Virus record (IMG/VR): IMGVR_UViG_3300037851_000166
Span: 1 to 29,193 of that record
Source of the DNA: a virus
Taxonomy: Duplodnaviria; Caudoviricetes
Reading direction: 5' to 3' (one strand)
Length of the DNA stretch: 29,193 bases
The notes beneath the pieces were generated by a model. It saw nothing but the letters and a program-made list of their open reading frames with translations. It was not told where the DNA came from and made no database searches. Position numbers and translations under genes: made by a program. Every line of letters begins with the position of its first letter. Positions within the stretch are counted from its first letter, which is position 1. Shown piece by piece: positions 1-9,873 of this stretch.

Positions 1-336
1 TTCAGCGAGAACTACCGGGCGAAGCGTGTAGCCCGGACTGAAACCGTCCGTATCGGCAACGCCGCAACGAAAGAGGCTTGGCGGCAGTCGAGGGTCGTCA
101 AGACGATTAAGTGGTACACAGCCCCGTCCGATGTTTGCGAGTTTTGCGCCCCTATGGACGGAAAGACCATTGATATCGAGGATAATTTCTTCGACCTTGG
201 CGACAGGGTAACGGGGTCAAACGGGGAAACGCTCGACATCGACTATTCAGATGTCGGCAACCCGCCGCTTCACCCGGACTGCCGGTGCTTCATAAGGCCG
301 GAGCTAATTTCCATAATCACCGATGACAGCGGTTAA
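1..336 (+). CDS. Minor head/head morphogenesis protein (SPP1 gp7/Mu gpF-like), 5'-truncated
   Basis: Frame 1 is open from base 1: RAKRVARTETVRIGN...KWYT...VCEFCAPMDG...PPLHPDCRC, the family's C-terminal signature. Confidence 0.9.
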   Translation, partial: FSENYRAKRVARTETVRIGNAATKEAWRQSRVVKTIKWYTAPSDVCEFCAPMDGKTIDIEDNFFDLGDRVTGSNGETLDIDYSDVGNPPLHPDCRCFIRPELISIITDDSG

Positions 337-378
337 ACTTTCAGCCGATTCCTTAACGAGTTCTTAACGCCTTAACAT

Positions 379-1587
379 ATGGCCTCTCCGAATCGAGATA
401 AGATGTCGCCCGCCGCCGGAAAAATGCTCAAAGACGACGATTCCGTGTTTGACCTTACATCGTTGCTGGCTTCGATTTCTTCCTACCTTGCCGGTTCGGG
501 AATCCCGGTCAATACCGAGCTTGTCCTGAACGGTGATGTAATGGTGAGCAACATCAAAGTCGGCTCTACCGACGGCGGTACTACGCTGAAATTCCTTTGC
601 GTTGACGCTGACGGCCACAGCCAAGTTGATGTTCTGTCCTCGGCGTTGCCGTCGGGTGCGGCTACCGAGGCGACGCTTCTGCTTGCCGAGGCGCATCTTG
701 GCAACATTGACACCGCTACGGACGGCGTTGAGGCCTTGCTCACGACGATTGACGCTGATACATCTACGCTTGCGGCTGTTGATTTCGCAACAAGCGCAAA
801 GCAGGACACGGGGAACGCCGCCCTTGCCGCAATTCAAGCGGCTGTCGAGATTCTTGACAACATCGTTTCGGGAAGCGAGGCGCAGGTTGATGTGGTGAGT
901 TCCGCCCTGCCGACTGGTGCGGCAACCGAAGCTACGCTCGGAACTCTTGCGCTTGAAACCGGCGGCAACCTTGCGGCGGCTAAGGCCGACCTTGACGCTA
1001 TCAAGACGGCAATCGAACTGATTGACAACGCCGTTTCCGGCTCGGAGCTTCAAGTTGATATCGTCAGTTCAGCACTTCCGACCGGGGCTTCGACCGAAGC
1101 CAAGCAGGACACCGGCAACACTTCGCTCGGCTCGTTGGACACGAAACTTGGCGAGGTACAGGCCAGCCCGACCGCCAATACAGTCCTTGGAAGGCTCAAA
1201 GACATAGCCGACGCTCTCGGCGCATTGGACGCTGATGTAACCGACAAGCCGCAGAGCGACGCCGCCTACTGCCCCGACAACGACGACTCGGCGGCTTACG
1301 AGGCTTCGACCGTCGTGAAAGCCGCCGCCGGTACGCTGTTCGAGCTTACGGGCTACAACAGCAAGGCGACCGACCAGTTCATACAGGTACACGACGCTTC
1401 CTCGCTTCCATCTGATACGGCAATCCCGACCGTCGTGTTCGTGGCAAGGGCGCAAAGCAACTTCTCTTGGAGCGGCGGCAAGTACGGCAAGAAGTTCACG
1501 ACCGGCATTGTCGTCTGTAATTCCTCGGTCGCCCCGACCAAGACTATCGGCTCTGCCGACTGCTGGTTCAATGTCCAGTACAAGTAG
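379..1587 (+). CDS. Repeat-containing virion fibre/spike-like protein (402 aa)
   Basis: Ala/Thr/Asp-rich; three QVD(V/I)xSSALP(S/T)GAxTEA repeats separated by heptad-like segments; beta-rich C-terminal domain; lies in the head module. Confidence 0.6.
   Translation: MASPNRDKMSPAAGKMLKDDDSVFDLTSLLASISSYLAGSGIPVNTELVLNGDVMVSNIKVGSTDGGTTLKFLCVDADGHSQVDVLSSALPSGAATEATLLLAEAHLGNIDTATDGVEALLTTIDADTSTLAAVDFATSAKQDTGNAALAAIQAAVEILDNIVSGSEAQVDVVSSALPTGAATEATLGTLALETGGNLAAAKADLDAIKTAIELIDNAVSGSELQVDIVSSALPTGASTEAKQDTGNTSLGSLDTKLGEVQASPTANTVLGRLKDIADALGALDADVTDKPQSDAAYCPDNDDSAAYEASTVVKAAAGTLFELTGYNSKATDQFIQVHDASSLPSDTAIPTVVFVARAQSNFSWSGGKYGKKFTTGIVVCNSSVAPTKTIGSADCWFNVQYK
622..1119 (+). repeat. Three diverged intragenic repeats (about 622-678, 883-939, 1051-1119)
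   Basis: Encode QVDVLSSALPSGAATEATL / QVDVVSSALPTGAATEATL / QVDIVSSALPTGASTEAKQ; AKQDTGN also occurs twice. Confidence 0.85.
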
Positions 1588-1614
1588 CCTACTCACGATT
1601 AGCCAACCTGTCTT

Positions 1615-3672
1615 ATGCCAGTTTCGATACAAGACCTGTTGAGGGTAACGGAGCTTGACGGCTCGCCTTCCGTGTCAGCCCAAGTCTTAAAGTTCCCCAA
1701 CGGGACTGTAACGGACAACGGCGACGGTTCGGCAACTTACACCCCGGCGGCAAGCGGCCAGACGCTTTTTGAAGCGGTCGTGGCGGCCTCCGGCGGCGAT
1801 TACACCACGCTTGGTGCGGCTCTCAACGCCGGGAAAAAGCGTATCTTCGTCAGGCAGGGCACTTATACGGAAACCGGGGAATACGAGATTGCCGCCGATA
1901 CCGTCATCGTGGGCGAGAGCAGGGAGAACACCATCATTGACATCACGGGGACGACCAACAGGCGGCAGAAGATTAACGCCAGCGTCAACGATGTCCAAAT
2001 CAGCAACCTCACCTTCTATTCAAGCGTGGAAACCGATTATGTCCTCGACCAAGGCGGCGGGGCAAGCGACTCCGCTTACAGGTTCAGGCTGGAGAATTGT
2101 AGGCTGACGGGCGGCGGCGTGAGGATAAACGGCAGTTCCGCCGAGTTCACGGACGACATCTCCATACTCGACAACGCCATTTCCATTAACGCCACGGGCG
2201 GCGGCTCGGCCATCTACATCAACGGCTCGACTTCCAACAGCTCGGCGGGGAAGGTCAGGATTGTCGGCAATTCGCTCACGGCGGCCTCTGGCTCAACGCC
2301 GACCACGCCGCTCGTCTATGTCAACGGGGCTATGCGGCGGCACGGCGAGTTTTCAGGCAACAAGTGCTCGGCGGACGGCACCAACTCATCGTGCGACTGG
2401 ATTTACCTCTACGATGACGGAGGGAACGACTACCACGGCTGGAACATCACGGGCAACTCCTTCAAGGGGTTCTCCGTCAGCGGCACTTATTCGCTGATTA
2501 CCGTCCGCAATTCCGCATTTGTCGGCAACACCCTCCTGTCGTGCGGCAGGGTGGCGACTTCCGATGTCTACGCCGTGGTTACGGGCAACAAGTTCAGGGC
2601 TACGCTAGCCTACCTCAACGGCGGGGCTTTCGTGGGCAACAGCTTCTCTCGGACAGGCGCTGACATAACTTTCGCCGCCACCGTGTCGTACTTCACGGTC
2701 GTTGTCGGAAATGTGGCCAACGGGACGGGGCAGTCCATCGGCATAACCGAACCGACCACGATGGAGAAGGTGCTGTTGGCCGACAACCACGGTTTCAGGG
2801 GCGGTTCGCTGACCAACAGCCGTGAAATAGCCGCCGTCTATAACGCCTCCGGCTCGACAATCGGGGCTGGCGAGGTCGTTACCCTTGACGCACAGGCCGA
2901 CTGCTCGAAGGTTACGAGGACTACGACCAACGGCGACAGCAAGGTTTACGGTATGGCGATAGCCAGCATAAACAACGGCTCGACCGAGGGCTGGGTGTTG
3001 CGGCGTGGCAAGACCAAGGTGCTGAAAGTAAACGGCACTACCGACATAGCGATTGGCGACTGGCTGACCACCTACACCGAGGCCGGAATAGCTTGTAAGG
3101 CGGTGGCCGGGCAGACAGTATTCGCCGTAGCCCTTGAAGCCTATACGGGCAACGACAGCAACGGCGTGATTGACGCTTACTTGGTAACGCCTTTCAGCCT
3201 CCCAATCGGGATTGCGGCCACAGCCGCCGAGTGCGACACGGGGACGGCCACCGACAGGGTGGTTACGCCTGACGCTTTGGCTGGCTCTGTTCACGGCAAA
3301 AAGGTGTTCGAGATTACCGACCACGCCTATACGACCGACCTTGCCGTTGCTGACGGGCGGCTCTACTTCCGTGTTCCCGCCGAGTGTAACGGTATGAACC
3401 TTGTCGGCTGTTTCGCCCGTGTCCTCACGGCTGGCGTAACCGGGACGACCGACATACAAATCCGCAATGTTACGGACGCCGTTGATGTGCTTTCTACCAA
3501 GATGACCGTTGACAGCGAGGAGGTTGACACGGCGACCGCCGCAACCCCCGCCGTCATTGACGCAACGCACGATGATATGGCGACCGGCGACCTTCTGGCG
3601 ATTGACATTGACGCTGTTTCAACGACAGCCCCGAAGGGGCTTATAATCGGGCTGGTATTCCAGCTTCCGTAG
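1615..3672 (+). CDS. Multidomain fibre/spike protein with pectin-lyase-like beta-helix (685 aa)
   Basis: GGDYTTLGAALNAG..IFVRQGTYTE beta-helix cap, repeated (I/V)xGN rungs, a DUF2190/cement-like segment (NASGSTIGAGEVV...IAIGDWL...FAVALEA) and a fibre repeat ATAAECDTGTATDRVVTP. Confidence 0.7.
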   Translation: MPVSIQDLLRVTELDGSPSVSAQVLKFPNGTVTDNGDGSATYTPAASGQTLFEAVVAASGGDYTTLGAALNAGKKRIFVRQGTYTETGEYEIAADTVIVGESRENTIIDITGTTNRRQKINASVNDVQISNLTFYSSVETDYVLDQGGGASDSAYRFRLENCRLTGGGVRINGSSAEFTDDISILDNAISINATGGGSAIYINGSTSNSSAGKVRIVGNSLTAASGSTPTTPLVYVNGAMRRHGEFSGNKCSADGTNSSCDWIYLYDDGGNDYHGWNITGNSFKGFSVSGTYSLITVRNSAFVGNTLLSCGRVATSDVYAVVTGNKFRATLAYLNGGAFVGNSFSRTGADITFAATVSYFTVVVGNVANGTGQSIGITEPTTMEKVLLADNHGFRGGSLTNSREIAAVYNASGSTIGAGEVVTLDAQADCSKVTRTTTNGDSKVYGMAIASINNGSTEGWVLRRGKTKVLKVNGTTDIAIGDWLTTYTEAGIACKAVAGQTVFAVALEAYTGNDSNGVIDAYLVTPFSLPIGIAATAAECDTGTATDRVVTPDALAGSVHGKKVFEITDHAYTTDLAVADGRLYFRVPAECNGMNLVGCFARVLTAGVTGTTDIQIRNVTDAVDVLSTKMTVDSEEVDTATAATPAVIDATHDDMATGDLLAIDIDAVSTTAPKGLIIGLVFQLP

Positions 3673-3700
3673 CTTCCGTAGAAAATTAACCTGTAAGTTT

Positions 3701-3904
3701 ATGCTTAAATTAGAGAACGGCAAGCTCATCGAAGAAAATACCATAACCAGTAAGGTTGAAATTGATGTCAGCCAGTACGACAAGGACACGGCTAACATCG
3801 AGGCCGAAATCGTCCGGCTTCAAACGGTGGTAGCCGGTCGGAAGGCGAAACGGGACGAAATGACCGCAATAGCCCCGGATATAGCCAAGCTGATTGAAGC
3901 CTAA
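3701..3904 (+). CDS. Small hypothetical coiled-coil protein
   Basis: 67-aa ORF filling the gap between fibre and protease genes; TATG start. Confidence 0.7.
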   Translation: MLKLENGKLIEENTITSKVEIDVSQYDKDTANIEAEIVRLQTVVAGRKAKRDEMTAIAPDIAKLIEA

Positions 3905-3917
3905 CGAGTACAGCAAT

Positions 3918-4973
3918 ATGCCAAGGGTAAATGCCGAAACCCGCAATCTACACGCCGAGATTAAGGGTTTCATCAAAAGGGACGACGGCGATATCGAGTT
4001 TGACTTTATCGCTTCGTCGGAAGCCCTCGACCGATACCAAGAGGTCGTCAAGGTGGACGGCGTTATCCTTGATAACTTCAAGAACAACGCCCCGCTTCTT
4101 TGGGGTCATAACCTCGGTTTGGGGACGGAAGAACGGCCTATCGGGGCTATCATCGAGGTTGCCGTTCAGGACGACAAGACGCTTCGTGGCAAAGCCGTAA
4201 TCCATAACATCACGGAACTCGCCCGTGAGGTCGGTCAACTGGTGCGCCGGGGATTCCTTCGGGCGGTTTCAATCGGGTTCATACCGCTTAAAATGGAAGG
4301 CAATGTCATTACCGAGTGGGAACTGCTGGAAATCTCGGTCGTGCCTATCCCGGCCAACCCGGAAGCACTTATCACTTCGGCGGGCTTCAAGTCCTTCCCG
4401 CTTACCCGCCGGGAGCTTGCCGACAACTGCTTCAAGGCCGACGACTTCAAAGACCCCGCCTTGCTGATTATGGAGTTGGCGGCGAAGGCATTGAACGACG
4501 AACTGCCGCCGGAAGCCGAACAGCCGCCGGTCGAACAGCCCGCAGAAACACCGCCAGAAGCCACAGGAAGCCCGGAGAACGGCGAGGGCGAACCGCCCTT
4601 AGTCCCTACTCCCCCGGAAGGCGCAGAACCGATTGTAGAGGCCGGGAAGGAAACGCCGCCGCCGGAAGAAACCGGCGACGAACCGGCAGACGACGAGCCT
4701 TCCGACGAAGGGACTGTCGCCGCCGCCTTCCAAGAAATGCTTGCCACGATTCGGGGTGCTGTCGCTTCGTGCCAAGAGAAGGTCAAGGGTAAGAAGTCAA
4801 TTAAGCCCGCCCAATTAGGAAACGAACCGGCGGGGGAAGGTAACAAAGGTCGAGCGTTTTCGGGCGACATCAACGGGCTTGACGACTGGATAGCCCTGCG
4901 TTCCGCCTTAAAACGGATAGACAAGGAAATAGAGGGCGCACTTGTCGCCACTAAGAACAAGCTAAAATCCTAA
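3918..4973 (+). CDS. HK97-family prohead protease with acidic Pro-rich C-terminal extension
   Basis: ASSEALDRYQEVV, LLWGHN, AVSIGFIP, ELLEISVVPIPANPEA motifs; ATG at 3918 preferred over TTG at 3894. Confidence 0.93.
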   Translation: MPRVNAETRNLHAEIKGFIKRDDGDIEFDFIASSEALDRYQEVVKVDGVILDNFKNNAPLLWGHNLGLGTEERPIGAIIEVAVQDDKTLRGKAVIHNITELAREVGQLVRRGFLRAVSIGFIPLKMEGNVITEWELLEISVVPIPANPEALITSAGFKSFPLTRRELADNCFKADDFKDPALLIMELAAKALNDELPPEAEQPPVEQPAETPPEATGSPENGEGEPPLVPTPPEGAEPIVEAGKETPPPEETGDEPADDEPSDEGTVAAAFQEMLATIRGAVASCQEKVKGKKSIKPAQLGNEPAGEGNKGRAFSGDINGLDDWIALRSALKRIDKEIEGALVATKNKLKS

Positions 4974-4977
4974 TGAT

Positions 4978-6144
4978 ATGGACGAAAAAATGCTCGAAGC
5001 CCTTACCGGCAAGTTCAAGGCCGTCGTGGACGAGAGCCTTTCCGCCGACAAGCTGAAAGGTGTCGTTTCACCCCTGATTGCCGATGAGGTCAAGACAATC
5101 GTTGCCCGTATGAAGGCCGAGAAAGCTTTGACCGGGCGGGACATTTCCGGCCTGTCCGATGAGGTCAAGTTGGCCTTCGCACAGGATATCAAGTCAATCG
5201 TCAGGGGTCAGAAGGCCGCTTTGCTGTCCGAACAGGACAGTTCCGGCGGCTACCTTGTCCCGTCCGATGTCTATTCCGGCATTATGCGGATTGCCGCTAC
5301 TGTCGGCCTCGTCGTGAACCTTTCACAGCGTTTCCCGATGTCAACCGACCAGCTTGATGTGCCGAGGGAAACCGGCTCGTTCAACGAGGGCGGATATCTC
5401 GGTCAGGACACCGAAGGGACTGAATCTTCCGTTACCTTCGGGGACGCAAAGCTCATCGTGAAGGACTGGTACACCATTTTCCGTGTCGCCAACAGCCTTC
5501 TAGCCGACGCTAATGTAGATGTCGCCAACTTCCTCTTGGCCTACATTGCGGAAAGTGCCGCCAACCGCATTGACAAGGAAGGCCTTGTCGGCACGGGGAT
5601 TCCGTTTGTCGGATTGCTGGCCGATTCGAGCGTTACCACGCTCACGCTTGCTTCCGGCAAGGACACCTTCATTGAACTGGACTTGGACGACTGTTCCGAG
5701 GCCATTTCCAATGTCGAGGAATCGGTTCTGGCCGACGCTTGCTTTATCTTTCACCGCACCGTTTGGCACAGCCTTCGCACGAAGAAGGACGCAACCGGCG
5801 GCGGCTACCACGCCGCTTTCGCCAACCCGGTCATCAGTCAGGTGCGTGAGGGCGGGCTGAAACCGGCGGGCTACATTTGGGGCTACCCGGTGTACACCAG
5901 CCGACACCTTCCTTCGACGGCGACGGTTTCACAGGCAAGCACGAAGTTCGGCCTGTTCGGTTCTATCCGGGCGGGACTGTTCTACGGCGATAAGGGTCAG
6001 CTTTCAATCGCCAAGTCGGACAGCGCAACGGTCGGCTCGAAGAATGTGTTCGCCGCCAATCAGGTCGCTATCAGGGGAATCCACCGCCACGCTCTTGCGG
6101 TCGGCCTTCCGGCTGGCGTTTGCGCCATAAAGACACACGCCTAA
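4978..6144 (+). CDS. Major capsid protein, HK97 fold
   Basis: SSGGYLVP motif, LLADANVDV..FL, IWGYPVYTS, FAANQVAIRGIHR; follows the protease. Confidence 0.95.
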   Translation: MDEKMLEALTGKFKAVVDESLSADKLKGVVSPLIADEVKTIVARMKAEKALTGRDISGLSDEVKLAFAQDIKSIVRGQKAALLSEQDSSGGYLVPSDVYSGIMRIAATVGLVVNLSQRFPMSTDQLDVPRETGSFNEGGYLGQDTEGTESSVTFGDAKLIVKDWYTIFRVANSLLADANVDVANFLLAYIAESAANRIDKEGLVGTGIPFVGLLADSSVTTLTLASGKDTFIELDLDDCSEAISNVEESVLADACFIFHRTVWHSLRTKKDATGGGYHAAFANPVISQVREGGLKPAGYIWGYPVYTSRHLPSTATVSQASTKFGLFGSIRAGLFYGDKGQLSIAKSDSATVGSKNVFAANQVAIRGIHRHALAVGLPAGVCAIKTHA

Positions 6145-6157
6145 GCGAACCTGACAT

Positions 6158-6415
6158 ATGGAAGATTTGGTTAAGGTTCGTGTAGTGAAACCTATCGCCT
6201 ACGGCGGTAGGAAAGAGCCGGGCGAGATTGTCCTTCTTCCGGCGGAACGGGCGAAAGCCTATTCCGGCGAGGTCGAAGTCCTGCCCGAACAAAAACCCGC
6301 CAACGCACCGGCGGAAGCCGAAGCCGCCAAGGTCGAGGCTACCGCCCCGCCGGTTAAGAGGCGGGGTGGGCGACCGCCGAAAAAGAAGGCGGAAGCCGAA
6401 CTAAGTCAGGCTTAA
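6158..6415 (+). CDS. Small capsid-adjacent protein
   Basis: VKVRVVKPI...PGEIV N-terminus and basic KRRGGRPPKKK tail, typical of the ORF after the capsid gene. Confidence 0.7.
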   Translation: MEDLVKVRVVKPIAYGGRKEPGEIVLLPAERAKAYSGEVEVLPEQKPANAPAEAEAAKVEATAPPVKRRGGRPPKKKAEAELSQA

Positions 6416-6425
6416 AGGAAAACCT

Positions 6426-6815
6426 ATGAATTCAGTAAAGGACAATATCGCCTACAAGCAGTCAATCCTTCCCGCCGCCGCAAAGACGGCCAGCGCAGAC
6501 GGTACCGGCGTTGACACCGCCGGTTTCCACTCTGCCGCAATGCTGGTTGCCGCCGGGGACATTGACACAACCACCGGCGACGAAACCTACGCCTTCAAGG
6601 TTCAGGATTCGGCTGACAACAGCACCTTCGCAGATGTGTCCGGGGCTACCACGACAATCACGGCGGATAACACCGCCAAAATGGTTGCCGTTCCCGAAGG
6701 ACACGCCCGCTACTTGCGTGTCGTTGCCACGCTTGCCGGTACTACGCCGTCTATCCTTGTCGCCGCAGGATTCCTGCTCGGCAAGGCCGAGAGCAACCCG
6801 GTAACTACCGCCTAA
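6426..6815 (+). CDS. Putative capsid decoration/structural protein
   Basis: GTGVDTAGF...KVQDSADNSTFADV...RYLRVVAT pattern common downstream of HK97 capsid genes. Confidence 0.7.
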   Translation: MNSVKDNIAYKQSILPAAAKTASADGTGVDTAGFHSAAMLVAAGDIDTTTGDETYAFKVQDSADNSTFADVSGATTTITADNTAKMVAVPEGHARYLRVVATLAGTTPSILVAAGFLLGKAESNPVTTA

Positions 6816-6847
6816 GCGGAAGTTAATCCGCAGAACCCGCCTTAACT

Positions 6848-7477
6848 ATGCCTTCCGTATTGATAGCCGATGCTCTATCAAATGCCAGCCGAGTGAAAAC
6901 CCGGCTTGGCATAAGCGTTTCGACCTACGACACGCTGATTGAGCGACACATCAATTCGGCAACGGCTTGGTTAAGGCGGGTGTGCGGGCGCACTTCTTGG
7001 TTGAAGGCGACATACACAAACGAGGTCTATGACGGCGGGGACGGGTATTTTTCGACCCTGCTGTTGAGGAACGCTCCTGCCGTAACGGGGTCGCTGTCCA
7101 GTTTCCAGTACCGCACCGGCTCTTTGTCAAGCCCGACTTGGGTTAGCTTTGAAACGGACGACTACGAACTGGAAGCCGACCTGAACGCCGCCTTGATACG
7201 GCTCAACGGCTACCTTCCCGCCGGGAACAACAATATCCGTGTAACCTATCAGGCCGGTTACCTGATTGACTTCACCAACGAGGCTACGGCAACGCATACC
7301 TTGCCCTTCGACCTGACAGACCTTTGCGAGAGTATGGTGTGCGCCGCCTACAACCGCCGGGGAAGCGAGGGCAAGACCGGCGAATCGTTTATGGGGGCTT
7401 CAATCAGCTGGAAGGACACCGTTGACGAAATCGGAAGGGAAGTCATAGCCAGTTATATGCGTCCGATTTTCGTATGA
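6848..7477 (+). CDS. Head-tail connector/adaptor (gp6/gp15-like)
   Basis: VKTRLGI...YDTLIERHINSA, NIRVTYQAGY, LPFDL, YNRRGSEG; position after the capsid module. Confidence 0.85.
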   Translation: MPSVLIADALSNASRVKTRLGISVSTYDTLIERHINSATAWLRRVCGRTSWLKATYTNEVYDGGDGYFSTLLLRNAPAVTGSLSSFQYRTGSLSSPTWVSFETDDYELEADLNAALIRLNGYLPAGNNNIRVTYQAGYLIDFTNEATATHTLPFDLTDLCESMVCAAYNRRGSEGKTGESFMGASISWKDTVDEIGREVIASYMRPIFV

Positions 7478-7788
7478 ACCTTACGGCCTTCTACAACAAG
7501 ACCGCCGACATCTACCGCCTGACGCAGACAAGCGACAAGTCAGCCCCCGCCCTGCTCACTTCGGGGGTGGCCTGTTTCCTTGTACCGCTTACCGACAAGA
7601 CCGAAGGGCTCAACGAGATTCAGTACGGGCAGGGCTTCAAGCTTGGATTCGACTACGGCGTAGATGTGGCGATTTCGGACTACGCCCTGATTGACAGCGA
7701 ATACTACTTTATCCGGGGCGTTAAGACAGCCCTAATGGGCGGCATACAGTTCAAGGAGTGCCTTGCCGTAAAGGAGATAAAGGAGTAG
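7474..7788 (+). CDS. Head closure/stopper protein
   Basis: 104 aa, beta-rich, ATGA overlap with the adaptor gene; call rests on synteny. Confidence 0.65.
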   Translation: MNLTAFYNKTADIYRLTQTSDKSAPALLTSGVACFLVPLTDKTEGLNEIQYGQGFKLGFDYGVDVAISDYALIDSEYYFIRGVKTALMGGIQFKECLAVKEIKE

Positions 7789-7790
7789 AT

Positions 7791-8261
7791 ATGCCGGATA
7801 TCTTTGTAGAAATCAAGGGCTTGAAGGAATTGCGTTTTGCCCTGGTCCGTTACTCTAAGATATCCGAACCGATTCTTCAAAAGGCCATTGTCGCTTCGGC
7901 CGCCGAAATTCAGAAGGCGGCAGTCCCGCCGCAACTGCCTTGGAGGACGGGGCGGCTGACGCAGAGCTTCGGGGAAGGGGTGATTATCGGCCGCCTGTTC
8001 GCACAGGTTTCACCGGCGGTCAAGTACGCCGTGTGGGTACACGAAGGAACGCCGCCGCATACGATAAGGCCGAGAATCAAGAAAGCCCTGTTTTGGGAAG
8101 GGGCGGCTCACCCGTTCAGGAAAGTCAACCACCCCGGTACACGCCCCAACCCGTTTATGGACAGGGTGTTGAAGAAGGCACAGCCGGAAATAGACAAGCA
8201 CTTCATCGAGGCACTTGACCTGATTAACCAGAAGATAGCCGACGAAACCCGTATAATATGA
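7791..8261 (+). CDS. HK97 gp10-like tail/neck protein
   Basis: EIKGLKEL, PWRTGRLTQS, YAVWVHEGT, HPGTRPNPFM motifs; ATG at 7791. Confidence 0.88.
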   Translation: MPDIFVEIKGLKELRFALVRYSKISEPILQKAIVASAAEIQKAAVPPQLPWRTGRLTQSFGEGVIIGRLFAQVSPAVKYAVWVHEGTPPHTIRPRIKKALFWEGAAHPFRKVNHPGTRPNPFMDRVLKKAQPEIDKHFIEALDLINQKIADETRII

Positions 8262-8698
8262 GCTTCGTAACCATACAGGCCGCAATCAAGACCAAGCTGG
8301 ACACCCTGAAAGGGACTGGCCAGCCCCTTGTCGGCGTGTTCGAGGAACACCGCACCGGCCTGACCAAGACCGGCTACCCTTCCGCAACCTTCGAGGAAAG
8401 CAACAGCCAAGCAGACTACTTTTCCGCCGCCGACAACCACCATATTTACGCCTACGAAATTTACCTACATCAGGAAGCCGAGAAGGTCGGGCGGGCGACT
8501 GCCCGGCGGATATTGCGCCAGACCGTTGACAGCATAATCAGCTTGTTCAGCAAGCGTTCAAACGCCAGCTTGGGCGGGGCTTGCGACTTCGTTGAGCCTG
8601 TCCCGGCGGAGTTCGGGGAATACGACGAGGGGGCGGGTGTCGTGCTTTACGCCCGGATAATCCTTAAATGCCACAAACTATACGACATTAACAGCTAA
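8258..8698 (+). CDS. Tail terminator/completion protein
   Basis: 146 aa with GYPSATF motif, between the gp10-like gene and the tail tube gene. Confidence 0.7.
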   Translation: MSFVTIQAAIKTKLDTLKGTGQPLVGVFEEHRTGLTKTGYPSATFEESNSQADYFSAADNHHIYAYEIYLHQEAEKVGRATARRILRQTVDSIISLFSKRSNASLGGACDFVEPVPAEFGEYDEGAGVVLYARIILKCHKLYDINS

Positions 8699-8702
8699 AA
8701 TT

Positions 8703-8882
8703 ATGACGAAAGGCTACCAGAACAAGGAAATTCGGGCTGAACGGCCAGCCGCCGAACCGTCGGGAACGGTCGAAACCTACTTCTTCCCCGGCAAGGGCAA
8801 GTACAAGCCGGTGTCGGTCGAAGCTTCAACGCCGCAGGAAGCGCAAGAGAAATGGGATAAGGTCAAGGAATTAACCGCTTAA
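8703..8882 (+). CDS. Small hypothetical protein (59 aa, absent from the ORF track)
   Basis: MTKGYQNKEIRAE...YFFPG...VEASTPQEAQEKW; fills the gap exactly; TATG start. Confidence 0.7.
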   Translation: MTKGYQNKEIRAERPAAEPSGTVETYFFPGKGKYKPVSVEASTPQEAQEKWDKVKELTA

Positions 8883-8886
8883 ACAT

Positions 8887-9873
8887 ATGGCCAAGGGAAT
8901 CGGACGGCTAATCAACCTCGGAATCGCCAAGGAAACGGTGCGTGGGACTGCCGAAACTTCGGCTACCTTCTGGCTTCGCAAGATTGAAGCCGACCTGAAC
9001 GAGAAGATAACGCTTGTTGACAACGAAGCGTCGCTCGGTATCATCGAGGATTCGACCGGGGCGGATATCGTTAAGAAATGGGTTGAAGGCACGATTAACC
9101 TTCCCGTTACCGACAAGGCAATCGGGCTGTTCCTGCTGAACCTTTTGGGGACTGACACCCCGGCCTTGAAGGGCGGGGAAACGGTTGTGTACGACCACGC
9201 TTTCACGGTAGCGCAATCGGCACAGCACCAAGCCTTGACATTTCTTGTCGAGGACACGTTGGCCGGGCAGGATTACAAACACGCCCTTGGTATGCTGTCC
9301 AGCCTCGAAATCCGCTACCAGCAGGGCAAGTACATCGAGGCTACGGCGGCAGTCCGGGCGAAGAAGGGTGCGACGGCAACCCTGACTTCGAGCTTCACGG
9401 TCGAGAACCAGTTCAGGCCGCAAGATGTGTCGTTCAAGATTGCGGCGACGCAAGCCGACCTTGCGGCGGCTTCGGCAACCTCCTTGAAGAACCTGACGCT
9501 GAAAATAGAGCAGAACCTTGAAGATGACGATGTGCTTGGAAGCGCAGAACCGGCTGACATACTCAACCGCCAGCTTGTAATCACCGGCACTTGCGAAGCC
9601 ATTTGGCAGGACGAGGCGAGTTTCAAGACGGCCTTCCTTGCCGGTACGCAGAAGGCGTTGCGCCTCTCGATAACCAACGCCGATGTTACGCTTGGCGTGG
9701 CCAGCAACCCGGCACTCGTCATTGACCTTCACAAAGTCATTTTCAAGGAACTCACCCGCCCGATGAAAAACAACGACATCGTGCGCCAGACGCTCGGATT
9801 CAAGGCGTACTACAACACGACCGACAGCAAGATGTTGACCTGTACGCTTACCAACCTGACGGCCAGCTACTAA
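8887..9873 (+). CDS. Major tail tube protein
   Basis: LGIAKETVRGT N-terminus, YDHAFT, LTCTLTN..SY C-terminus; precedes chaperone and tape measure genes. Confidence 0.87.
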   Translation: MAKGIGRLINLGIAKETVRGTAETSATFWLRKIEADLNEKITLVDNEASLGIIEDSTGADIVKKWVEGTINLPVTDKAIGLFLLNLLGTDTPALKGGETVVYDHAFTVAQSAQHQALTFLVEDTLAGQDYKHALGMLSSLEIRYQQGKYIEATAAVRAKKGATATLTSSFTVENQFRPQDVSFKIAATQADLAAASATSLKNLTLKIEQNLEDDDVLGSAEPADILNRQLVITGTCEAIWQDEASFKTAFLAGTQKALRLSITNADVTLGVASNPALVIDLHKVIFKELTRPMKNNDIVRQTLGFKAYYNTTDSKMLTCTLTNLTASY

